A DNA stretch of 56,377 bases, filler included, from Sphacelaria rigidula (lineage: Eukaryota), in NCBI GenBank assembly GCA_964200075.2. It is 6 parts of 6 records of this genome, joined end to end, with 100 filler letters (N's around TTAATTAATTAA, not from the genome) between each part and the next. Parts side by side here need not be neighbours in the genome. Positions count along the whole stretch, not along the records: positions 9,415 to 18,728 come from CAXNAA020008772.1; positions 18,829 to 28,142 come from CAXNAA020008773.1; 4 more parts are not named here. One strand, 5' to 3'. The notes under the pieces were generated by a model that saw nothing but the letters and a program-made list of their open reading frames with translations, made no database searches and was not told where the DNA came from. Position 1 is the stretch's first letter, and every line of letters starts with the position of its first letter. Both the position numbers and the translations under genes were made by a program. Shown one piece after another: positions 13,170-23,976 of this stretch.

Positions 13170-14290
13170 GGCAATACCAGAAAATGAAGCAACTCATTGC
13201 AGGCTATCATTTACGTGCATGTTGCTTTGTACGCTCCGGGCCGGACATTCGCGACTCGCTGAATATATCACGGCGCTTCGCGCCTGCTCATCGATTGTGG
13301 GCCTGTTCCTGTGGAAACCAGGCGTACACCGTCGCGGTTCTGTCGGGATGTGAGGTCAATCGTGTTATGACTACGGCGTGCAAGATCACGAATACACCCT
13401 TCTGACGGAAGCACTTCCCCATGTCGGTCATAGCAGCTTAAGTCATCGTGTCATGATGTGAACTGTTCCTCGTGAATTGAGTTGATGATCGATTCGTTCT
13501 CTCTTTTTTCAAAATGTCATTACTCGCCATTCAGCACACCGTTCCGTTTTGAATTATAGCAGTCTCAGCAGTTGCGAGAGTTCAGTGACAGTATTTTTGC
13601 ATGGAAACATTTACGATCTATTGTAACACGTCATGGTTTGGCCCTGATAGCTTCATGCATCTTTTTCGAGTATTTTATGGCCCGGAGTGTCGCTCCAGTT
13701 GTACCCCAAATAAGGGAGGCGCCGGTTGCGTCCGCTCCCATCGTGGATGCTCCTTGTGAAATCCCCCCTCGATTCATTGCGTCGCGCCAGGATCCTCCCC
13801 AGCGGCGAGGAAATGGTCAAGTATTTCGTGCCTCTCGTCTCCACGTCACAACTGCGACTCTGGAGCAGTCGCAATTTCAACTGCACTATTCCCTGTGCTT
13901 CTCTAGTGCATTACGTGGAAAATCGATGCACGGACCACAGCTAATCAAGTTCCTGTAGTCCTACGGCTCCCCACGTTCAACATCCGCATGGCCCGCCGAT
14001 CTTCGTTGTCACGCGTCATGCCCACGCCTTGTGCCGTGGGACGCCAATTGGTGGGAACATGGGCATGTTGAAGTCCTTGCTTCCGTATCTAGGCTTTGTA
14101 TAGGAACACTCAAGAGCCCCACACTTCACCAGCTCATTTGAGTTTATTCCACCCAGTCAAAGTGTCCCACATCAGTGTTTACATTCTTCAGGCGGAGGGA
14201 CACCAAGAGAGTAACACCACTGTCTGCAAGCGATGCATTTTCGAAAACCTCCCCTGCTCGACGCTTTATGGGATTGCAATGCAGGTGGCG
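13170..14290 (+). repeat. Diverged duplicated segment, copy B, upstream of the EsV-1-7 pseudogene
   Basis: Matches copy A. 13173-13400 also matches 1705-1960 on contig 1 (ataccagaaaatgaagcaactcattg; gactacggcRtgcaagatca). Confidence 0.75.
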
Positions 14291-15098
14291 ACAGGGTCGA
14301 CTGATGTAACCACAGCTTCCTGTTATCATATCGCTAGGCGAGTACCGTATAGCGGGTTCGGTAGGATGCACTACCCCCCTGCCAGTGCCCACTGTCACCA
14401 CACCCAGTGTCGAGCAAGCACCCTCTGCCCACCTACACAGGATAGGTGGTATTCACCGATAGAGCATGGCAGTACGATCAACATGTTGTGATGACTCGGC
14501 GATTTCTTCACGTGTTCACGTCATCACCCGCCTGGTACGGACCGCTGGCACTAGTCGTTCACTGCTAAGGGATATCACTCACCTTAACTGACTGTCCAGC
14601 CTGAGTAGCTCGGATGCGAGGAGCACAAAGCAGGGTGGTCGTTGGGTTGTCGCGTTGAGCGACTTTTATGGGTAGAGAAACCATGCAAGTAACTTGGGCA
14701 TTGTAGACTCTTGTGCATGTGCAAAGCTCAACACCTCTCCCTTTGTTCAGTCGCCTCGCGTGCTGTAAAGTCAGTATTTACAGCACACCTCTTGACGGGA
14801 AGGTGCCGTTTCCCCTGAAGAGACTGCTGCAGTAGTTGTCCTTGTTGCTTGCTAACTTCGCGGTTGGGGTTTTTGTCTACTACAGTCTACGGAGCTGTTG
14901 GCAATATAGCTACTATGATGACGGTTTACCCACCTTTAACATGGGCACGACATATGATTTTGTTTTCTGGTTTATTTGGTGCAGGCTGCTGCTTAACTGG
15001 TGAGCTGGTCTTCGTGAGCGGCTGTGTGACGGTGCAAATCGCAGCAGCCGCGGGACTACGATGGCCTTGACCCCTTCTCTGGTATAGTCGTGAAGGCG

Positions 15099-16940
15099 AT
15101 GCTCACTGGGTGCACTCGCATCGGTTGCGCCACGACGGCATCATATGGGTTACCGGGTGGCCGCAAGCCCGAGTTCTGCGCCGCACGCCCGAGCGTGCAT
15201 GGTTGACGTAAGAAGCAAGCGGTGCGGCAAGGAGGGCTGCTCCAAAAACCCAACGTTCGGTGCCGCCGGAGGTAGGAAGGCGGAATTCTGCGCCACACAT
15301 GCCCGACCAGGCATGGTTGACGTAAGAAGCAAGCGGTGCGGCAAGGAGGGCTGCTCCAAACACCCATCGTTCGGGGCCGCCGGTGGTAGGAAGGCGGAAT
15401 TCTGCGCCACGCATGCCCGACCAGGCATGGTTAACGTGAGAAACAAGCGGTGCGGCAAGGAGGGCTGCTCCACACTACCATCGTTCGGTACCGCCGGTGG
15501 TAGGAAGGAGTTCTGCGCCACACACGCCCGAGCGGGCATGGTTAACGTGAGAAGCAAGCGGTGCGGCAAGGAGGGCTGCTCCACACTACCATCGTTCGGG
15601 GCCGCCGGTGGTAGGAAGGGGAATTCTGCGCCACACACGCCCGACCGGGCATGGTTAACGTGAGAAGCAAGCGGTGCGGCAAGGGGGGCTGCTCCAAACA
15701 CGCATCGTTCGGTGCAGCCGGTGGCAAGAAGGTGGAATTCTGCGCCACACACGCCCGAGCGGGCATGGTTGACGTGAAAAGCAAACGGTGTGGCAAGGAG
15801 GGCTGCTCCATACGCGCATCATTCGGTGCCGCCGGTGACGGGAAAGAGTTCTGCGCCACACACGCCCGAGCGGGCATGGTTGACGTGATTAGCAGGCGGT
15901 GCGACAAGAAGGGCTGCTCCAAACACGCATCGTTCGGTGCAGCCGGTGGTAGGAAAACGGAATTCTGCGCCACGCATGCCCGACCAGGCATGGTTAACGT
16001 GAAAAACAAGCAATGCGGCAATGAGGACTTCTCCAAACAAGAATCGTTCGGTGCCGGCGGTGGCAGGAAGGCTAAGAATTGCGCCACACACGCCCGACCA
16101 GGCATGGTTAACGTGAAAAACAAGCAATGCGGCAAGGAGGAGTGCTCCAATCACTTATCGACAGGTGAAATCGATAGTGAGGAGGTGGAGTTGTGCGCCA
16201 CGTCCGCCCGCCCAGGCTCTGTGAAGGGCAGTGACCCCGCCTCCCAGAGTTGTTCCAATCGGGTGCAGGAGCACGGGAATACCTGTCGTCATGCTGCACA
16301 CGGCCTGGCCATGGCGTCTGATGCAGCAAGACATATTCAAGAGAAGATCCTCTCAAGCGATGGCTCGACCAGGGGAGAGGCTGGTGTCGGTTTCGATGGA
16401 CATGGTGAAAGACCTAGCCATCCATCGGGTGCCGGTCCCAATACGAGCGGAAGTGCTTGTACCACTACTTCTCGTCGCAACTCGCGCATCACCCGTGCCA
16501 CGCGACGGGATGCGAATTCCATCACCACATCGCCTGTCGCCTTGGGACAGCCCTCCGGTGCGGCGGCACCAGATAGGGTTCTTCTAGGTGGAGCAGAGAC
16601 GTGCATAAAAATGGAAGTGGACGCCACTGTTGCGCCTACGGGAGTTGTCGAGGAGATCAGAACTAGCGGCGAGTAGGCTACTGCCCTATCGTGCAGTTGC
16701 GACAACATGGGCAATGGCGGCTCCAGCAGCAATACAAGAAACAGAAGCTTCGGTAGCAGAATCAGCAGTGAAACGAACACAAAGCGGCTACGCCGGGCTG
16801 TGCATATTGAGCCGGTGTTTGATATCGCAGCGGGAGATGGTGTGACGTCTGAAGAGAAGGGAGACGACGTGAAGTTAGAATTGGACGTATTTGCTCCCTT
16901 TCGTGACTCGTCCGCAGCCTTATCCCGCCCGCGAAAGTAG
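15099..16940 (+). pseudogene. EsV-1-7 cysteine-rich repeat gene (~10 repeats plus C-terminal tail), disrupted
   Basis: ATG at 15099 opens repeat 1 (CTRIGCATTASYGLPGGRKPEFC). There is a 2-nt deletion near 15183, a 1-nt deletion near 15619 and an in-frame TAG at 16674-16676. The frame then continues to 16940 and is homologous to the tail of the contig-3 protein. The 114-nt units encode C-x4-C-x16-C-x2-H. A residual 341-aa ORF (15651-16676) remains open. Confidence 0.85.
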
Positions 16941-18728
16941 TAGCTTGATGAGAGGGGCCCATCACATTTGTTTCCCGGAATGCTCGGCATCATGCTGTCT
17001 TACTGCATTTGCCTTATGCGCACATCATGATCTCGTTCGTACAAATCTCTGCGATGGCAACCTGTTTGCTGTTTCCGAGGTGAATGGTGCCGCTGTGTGG
17101 GGGGTGCGGAGGCCGCCGAATCAGGATTGTGGATTATTTGTGTGGTTGCGTACTATCTTCAGTGATGCTTCGCGCAGCATGTTGATTCCCCTGGTGGTTT
17201 GGTTGTCGTTTCAAGCTCAATTTCATGATGTCTCGGGTTACCTTAGTGTGCTCTAGGCAGGTCATCGTGCAGGGAGATGCGCTTTAGCCCCCCTAGAACT
17301 TCCGCGTCCCGGAGATGCAACTGGTTCCTCCTGAATCTGTTGCGGCGGGAAGTCGAGGGCTCGAATCCCAGTGCATTCGTTTTTCACACGTATGTGATCC
17401 CGTCTTCGATAACGTGGAGACGTGAGTATCGGAGACTATTTGACAGGATCCGAGGCAGTGAGGCAGTCCTGTCGAATTCTCAGTATCAAATATGAGGCGG
17501 AAGTCACCTACAGCGTAGTGGCACAACGCACACGCATCATGTACGACTTTGTGTGGAAATAGGTGAGTAAAACTACAGGTCAAGGTATCCGATACCCGAG
17601 CCCGCCCGTGCACCTCTCACTCTTGAAATCTCAAATCTCGCGCGCGCCGTGAAGTTGAAGAACGTTCGCGCTACAATGAAGTGATTTTGTCTTCTCTTCG
17701 GATATGATTAGTTTTGTAACAAAAGAGCCCAAGTGAATCTCAGCGAGTGAACATCGAGTCTGGTGAGATTGGACTCTGAAGTCAAGTCCTTGAAGCAGAT
17801 TTTGGTATAAATTGACACCAAGAGTCTTCGTGACCCATACTAATTGCAATTAGTTGTTGATACCAGGCCGTTGTTGTTTAATCAACTCGTCAAACCCAGG
17901 CGTAAGTATTACACGTGTTTTTCCAATTTTCAAATTGGTTGTTGTCTCAGACTGTTCCAGATTCGGCATTGGATTTCTGTGACAGAAAACTGTCTCGTTT
18001 TTTCGTAATACTTGAGAAATTGTTGATAGCACCGCGACTAGTTTAGGCGCCGTGCTCGTCCTTTGAGGATTTTGTTTTTACGGGGAGTCGGGAAAGGCAC
18101 GAAACGGGTGTAATTCGTGCGCAGAAAACATGGCAGGGGCACGTTTCATCTCAACTCCCACCGGCAGGGTACTGTCATCTTCGATTTTCAGAGCTCACGT
18201 CACATTAGTTCAATTCTTACACTACATGGGTTTTTATCTCCGACCCGTGGTCACGGGGTGCAAGGAACTCGCCACCGATGACCATAAAACCAAGAGTCGA
18301 CAGAGGATATCTTTGCACAAAAAAACTGTACACAAAAACAATCACCCCGCCAACACCGATCGAGCAACGAGGAACACACTGCAAGCCAGAAAATTACCGG
18401 CGTGCGATCTAGACGACCGAATCACCACCCGCTGCTGCATGTACATGTAGGAACAGCAAACGCAGGAATCGACATGTCGCAGGCAGCGAGAACCACCCCG
18501 AAAAAGACTTGATAATATTGAAAAATATCCGAGGTTCGAGGAAATTAGGTGATGGCTTCATCGGCGAAACATCAACTGACTTGGCTCAGCATCAACATCA
18601 AGTGAGTTGATCACCCTAAAATTAGTTCGGTGTAATTACTCAGAGCTAATCCAAGTTCGACAACCTCCCTGCCCTTTTGTTTTCCCCCTCACACTTTCAC
18701 CCCCCCCCCCCCCCCCCCACACCTGCTC

Positions 18729-18828
18729 NNNNNNNNNNNNNNNNNNNNNNNNNNNNNNNNNNNNNNNNNNNNTTAATTAATTAANNNNNNNNNNNNNNNN
18801 NNNNNNNNNNNNNNNNNNNNNNNNNNNN
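18729..18828. other. Artificial 100-nt contig spacer
   Basis: Same N/TTAATTAATTAA/N structure. Confidence 0.97.
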
Positions 18829-19090
18829 GACGCGTGTGTACACCGCATTCGTTAGGTGCACCTAGCCACAGCTGCTCAACTGCTACGGACATGTGGAGGG
18901 GAAGATGGCTTCGCTCGGTCGCAAGTGTTCCGCGTCATCCCTGCAAAAGAGAAATGTCACTAGAATCCCAATTTAGAGATCAACCCCATAAATCAGGATC
19001 CGCTGTTGTATGGAGATGAGGACTTTCAACCCCACGGCTGAACGTCACCACCACAAAAGAATAAAGCAAGCCTGGCCGCTAGGGGTGTCA

Positions 19091-19280
19091 GGCCGTGTCT
19101 TATCAAATTGCTTTTGACTCGAAAACGTACGGTGAAATCAACTCTGCTCGTACCTGGTACGTCCACGGCATTCATGTTCTCAACCATCTCAGAACATTAG
19201 TAGCGGGGACGAATCAAAAACGAGCGAATTCGATTCGACCGCACGTCTTCGACACCAAAACAATATGATAAGACACGGCC
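19091..19280. mobile_element. PIF/Harbinger-like MITE (190 bp)
   Basis: TIR ggccgtgtcttatca / tgataagacacggcc, extending imperfectly for about 60 bp. Perfect 3-bp TSD TCA on both sides. Confidence 0.8.
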
Positions 19281-21039
19281 TCAGCCTTGGGAAAACATCT
19301 TTCTTTTCGACGAAATCTTACCGACCATCGACCGCTTTTCTTCGCTTTCTTGAAATGGAGAGATCGTGCGTTAGCCCTTGAATCGCGATCCCCGGGGATC
19401 TTAACAGCTCTTTTCTTGCTTTACAAAACGCCTTCTTTGATCAAGATGTGGATGTTGGGCATCTGCATAGAAAATACTCCCGAATAACCCCTGACCGGTT
19501 TTGACCTTGAGGTCAGTTGCATGCAGAGTGCAGAGACAGTGTGTGTGCTGCATGTCTCCGCTGGATACAACGGCAAGAAACAGTAAGCGTGTAATTGCCC
19601 TCCACTGGACAAAGTCTGCCGGATGCTGCTGATGTCTCTGCTCGATACTCCACAACGGCCTACAGTCAGCACCAAGCTGTGCTGGTAATAATCAAGAGCC
19701 AGCGAATCACTGCACTCGACCATGGCTTTGGAGGTGGTCAACAAGAAGTCGCATGAGTGCTCACCCCTGCCTTTGTTTCATGTCCAGACATCCGCAGAGT
19801 GAGATTGATCCGAACTCTCAACTCCGCTCTAACCGGTGTGTACGGTATATTAGTTAGACCCCACGGGCGAGGCGGCGTCATGATATGTTCCCGAACCACA
19901 CGAACACAAAATGCAAATCTGAAACCACGGCACAAAGTCTGAGGTATAGTCCGCCATACCCATACTACTACTGTAGGGCAACGAAAACGCTCCGGCGTCG
20001 AGGTCTACGAAATATCAAACATGCCGCACGGGAGGTTGTACGGGGTACAGACGTTGTTGTAAAATGAGCAGGTGTGCAAGTACTTTGCTCCTCTCATGAA
20101 TGTGGAGTATTTTTTATCAATTTGAATATCGAATGAGACGGAACGCAAATCCAAACCAGACCATAACATACACCCTTGTGCATGTGTTCCTTGCGAACCC
20201 ATTCTCTACTACACGCCTCTTGAAAATTTCGTCTGAAATCGTGCTAAACGCCACGCCCGAAACCTGTCCCTCCCGGGCCGACTACGGTATTGATGTATAC
20301 TTTACCCGGTCGTGACACCACGAAGTGACCAGACGTACCCGTCTTGAAACCCAAGCTTATAAACGCGTTTATTTTTTTCACCTCATGGTGATAAATCTAC
20401 CACCCTTTGGGATACCAGTGTTCTCTCCACCACACATTAGTACTCGATCGCTGCCGTCCCCCCATGCTGTACCTTGACCGGGCTGTATACCCCCGGCTAC
20501 TACATCTTCTGCAAACGCTTTCGATGCTGCTCCCGAATATTCTAAGTTGGCTCGAACGTATGCCATAATGCCCAACTACGACAGCACCCTTCTCTTTGAA
20601 TTACTGCGGGTTGTAAACCTGCTGCCGCCAGTCTTGTAGCTCCTCTAATTCGCCCAGAATGTAACGCAGAAAGAGATCAGATTCAACTGCAGGCCCGTCT
20701 TTCCTCGTTGCCCCAAGCTCACCCCTCAACCTCTGTGATCTATTTGTTACATCGACCGTTCCACAATCACCTCACACTAGCCTAGCTTACTCACATTCGT
20801 ACCCGTTCCACAAACCGCAGATCCCGCTACGCTCCAATCTTTCACGTATTGCAACAATGAGACGTTGTGGGAAACTACTACTTCGAAGTACAAATTACAA
20901 GTCGAACATTACACCAACATTGTGTCCGTGCATATATGAATGGGTCCATACCCTGAATAGAGCGGTCGCAGCGGATGAGCCGCAATCTTTGCCTTTTCTA
21001 TGGCCTTTTATTTTCTACTACTGACTGTGTGGTGTTGCG

Positions 21040-21290
21040 CAGCAAGACCTTTCCCGCCGAAGCCATGTGGCAGAGGCCGGCCATCATTCCACACCTCTTC
21101 TCTTCATTCGTTTATTTCATTTTGATATCTTAGCCTATTACGGTTCGTGTTTGTTCTACCTTTACTATTTCTTCATTTTTCTTCCGCGAGTTTTTCAATG
21201 TTGTCTTGTCTAGGAGACGTCCATCATGTGACCACGGCTGGATCCCTGGGGGGGTCACCTAAAGTGCGACAATCAATTACAACGGTGGTG
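21040..21290 (+). repeat. Dispersed repeat (family also at 46540-46755 + and 55310-55365 -)
   Basis: Shares gcaagacct..ccgaagcYatgtggcagaggccggccat with 46540-46755, and acggctggaWccctg..gtcaSYtaaRgtgcgacaa with both other copies. Confidence 0.7.
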
Positions 21291-21591
21291 TCACGATCAA
21301 TCGGGTGGCCGGCTATTACGATACATCAACTTTCCGCCAACCCTTGGCAGATTGCCACGAAGGCATACAGCCGACGTAAAAATGACAACTCGCCTCGACG
21401 AGAATCTGGTTAAAAGCGGCGCTGGGGTATCACGACTTCATAACCTCACGAACTGCTTCGTATCCATGGAAAAGAGAAACACATGTCGACCAACCGTCGT
21501 TTGAGACTACTCGCAACATACGCGAGCACATACTGACATACTTCTCGGGTAATCTGGGCAACGATAGCGGTACAAGGAACGGTGTCATTTA

Positions 21592-23976
21592 TCATGTATC
21601 GGACGTTCGAGAGGAAGAACTGGACACTCCTAGCTCCACCTTCACGTTCGAAACCCTTTTCGCCTCTTCAGAACCTACATCATCAGATGCGCCCATGTGT
21701 CCAGGTACCACAGACAGCGAACTACCGAGCTGCCCCGTGCTCTCACTGCCACTGCTGATGCAGTCACTACTACCACGTTCGCTGCTCCGGCCACTCGACA
21801 AGACAGCCTCCTCGCGACACCGTCTCCCCCCATCGACAGCGTGTGTAGCAGAAGGGACTGCCAGTTCTATCTTCATTCCTGCTCCTGCTCCCAAAGTTAC
21901 CTCACCATCAGCCCTCGAACGGGGGTGTCCCGAGAGCAACCGTTTTCGTACATCATCCCTAAGACCGGCACGAACACTACGGCAAGCACCAACAGCGTCG
22001 TTTGCGACGGGACCCAAGAATGCCGCGCGCCTGCGTTTCATTCCTCGTACATCAGCAACGCTTCCTCCGCCACCCTCTGACGAGCTACGGCCTGGATTGC
22101 CCTTCTCAGTGTCAAGCTTCGTGGTGTCGGAGACCATAGCTATGTTGTATGCACTAGCATGTTGTCGGCAAAATGTTGCTTTACCAACGTCATAATTCTT
22201 GTGAATAGCCCCTTTGGAGCAGCCCTCTTCACTGCACCTTTCGTTCACCACAGTCATCATTGCTGAGCTGGCACGCTCGGAGCAGAGCTCCACCTTCTTG
22301 CTTCCCGCTACACTGTATGATGGCTTCCTAGAGCAGCTCTCTGCAACGAACTTCTTGTTCATCACACTCACCATTCCCGACCTCGCATGCGTGGAGCAGA
22401 ATTCCGCCTTCTCAGCTCCCGCTAAACAAAGAGATGCCTGCTTCGAGCAGCCCTCCTCAGTGCACCTCTCGCTCACCACATTGATCATTCCCACCGTGGC
22501 GTGCTTCGAGCAGAACTCCGCCTTCTTGCTTCCCGCTGCACCATACGACGGCTGCCTCCAGTAACCCTCCTTCCTGCACCGCTTGCTCACCACATTGATC
22601 ATTCCCGCCCAGGCGTGCTTGGAGCAGAACTCCGCCTTTTTGCTTCCCGCTACACCATATGATGACCTCATGAAGCAGCTCTTGTCGCCGCACTTCTTGT
22701 TCAGCACATTCACCATTCCCACCCTGGCGTGCTTGGAGCAAAACTCTGCCGTCTTGCTCCCCGCTACACCATACGACGGCTGCACGGAGCAGCCGTCGTG
22801 GCCGCACTTCTTGTGCACCACATTTACCATTCCCGCCCTGGCATGCTTGGAGCAGAACTCCGCCCTCTTACTTCCCGCTACACCATACAATGGTTTCTTG
22901 GAGCAGCTCTCATCGCCGCACTTCTTCTTCACTACATTCACCATTCCCGCCTTGGCATGATCAGCGCAAAACTCCGCCTTCACACTCCCTGCTACACCGT
23001 ACGACGGCTGCACGGAGCAGCCCTCGTAGCCGCACCTCCTCCCCTTCTTCAAAATAACCATTCCCGCCCTCGCATGCTTTGAGCAGAACTCCGCCCTCTT
23101 GCTTCCCCTTACACCATACGATGGATTTTTTAAGCAGCCCTCGTCGCCGCATTTTTTGTGTACCACATCCATCATTCCCACCCTGGCGTGCTTGGAGCAG
23201 AACTCCGACTTTTGGCTCCCCGCTACACCATACGACGAGAGCATGGAGCAGCCTTCCTCGCCGCACAGCTTGCCCACCACATTCACCATTCCCCTCCTGG
23301 CGTGCTTGTAGCAGAACTCCGCCTTCTTGCTTCCCGCTACACCATACGACGGCTGCACGGAGCAGCCCTCATCGCCACACTTCTTGTTCACCACATTCAC
23401 CATTCCCCCCCTGGCGTGCTTGGAGCAGAACTCTGCCTTCTTGCTCCCCGCTACTCCATACGACGACTGCACGGAGCAGCTCTCATAGCCGCACTTGTTT
23501 CTCTTCTTCAAAATAACCATTGTTGGCCCGGCGTGCTTCGAGCAAAACTCTGCCGTCTTGCTCCCCGCTACACCAAACGACGGATGCTTTGAGCAGCCCT
23601 GCCCACCGCACCTCTTGCCCGCCACATTCACCATTTCCACCGCGGCGTGCTTGGAGCAGAACTCCGCCTTCTTGCTTCCCGCTACGCCAAACGACGGATG
23701 CTTCGAGCAACCCTCCTTCCTGCACCGCTTGCTCACCAAATTCAACATTCCCGCCCTAGCGTGCTTGGAGCTGAACTCCGCCTCCTTGCTCCTCGCTACA
23801 CCATACAATGGGTTCTTGGAGCAGCCCATGTAGTCGCACTTCTTGCCCGCCACATTCGCCATTTCCACCCTGACATGCTCGGAGCAGCACTCCCCTTTCT
23901 CGCTTCCCGCTACACCATACGACGAATGCATGGAGCAGCCCCCGTCACCGCACAACCGTTCCACCACATCCACCAT
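21592..23976 (-). CDS. EsV-1-7 repeat protein, 794 aa: 16 tandem 38-39-aa C-x4-C-x16-C-x2-H repeats and a low-complexity C-terminal tail
   Basis: Uninterrupted 2385-nt ORF. Consensus MVNVVxKKCGxEGCSxxPSYGVAGSKKAEFCSKHARxG matches the EsV-1-7 motif known from Ectocarpus siliculosus virus-1 and Ectocarpus IMMEDIATE UPRIGHT. The tail has MKRRRA, MKIE and VKVE motifs. Confidence 0.92.
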   Translation of the reverse strand: MVDVVERLCGDGGCSMHSSYGVAGSEKGECCSEHVRVEMANVAGKKCDYMGCSKNPLYGVARSKEAEFSSKHARAGMLNLVSKRCRKEGCSKHPSFGVAGSKKAEFCSKHAAVEMVNVAGKRCGGQGCSKHPSFGVAGSKTAEFCSKHAGPTMVILKKRNKCGYESCSVQSSYGVAGSKKAEFCSKHARGGMVNVVNKKCGDEGCSVQPSYGVAGSKKAEFCYKHARRGMVNVVGKLCGEEGCSMLSSYGVAGSQKSEFCSKHARVGMMDVVHKKCGDEGCLKNPSYGVRGSKRAEFCSKHARAGMVILKKGRRCGYEGCSVQPSYGVAGSVKAEFCADHAKAGMVNVVKKKCGDESCSKKPLYGVAGSKRAEFCSKHARAGMVNVVHKKCGHDGCSVQPSYGVAGSKTAEFCSKHARVGMVNVLNKKCGDKSCFMRSSYGVAGSKKAEFCSKHAWAGMINVVSKRCRKEGYWRQPSYGAAGSKKAEFCSKHATVGMINVVSERCTEEGCSKQASLCLAGAEKAEFCSTHARSGMVSVMNKKFVAESCSRKPSYSVAGSKKVELCSERASSAMMTVVNERCSEEGCSKGAIHKNYDVGKATFCRQHASAYNIAMVSDTTKLDTEKGNPGRSSSEGGGGSVADVRGMKRRRAAFLGPVANDAVGACRSVRAGLRDDVRKRLLSGHPRSRADGEVTLGAGAGMKIELAVPSATHAVDGGRRCREEAVLSSGRSSERGSSDCISSGSESTGQLGSSLSVVPGHMGASDDVGSEEAKRVSNVKVELGVSSSSSRTSDT

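Noticed and set aside
15099-23976. Convergent EsV-1-7 gene pair or cluster
   Set aside because: The genes lie on different contigs joined only by a spacer.
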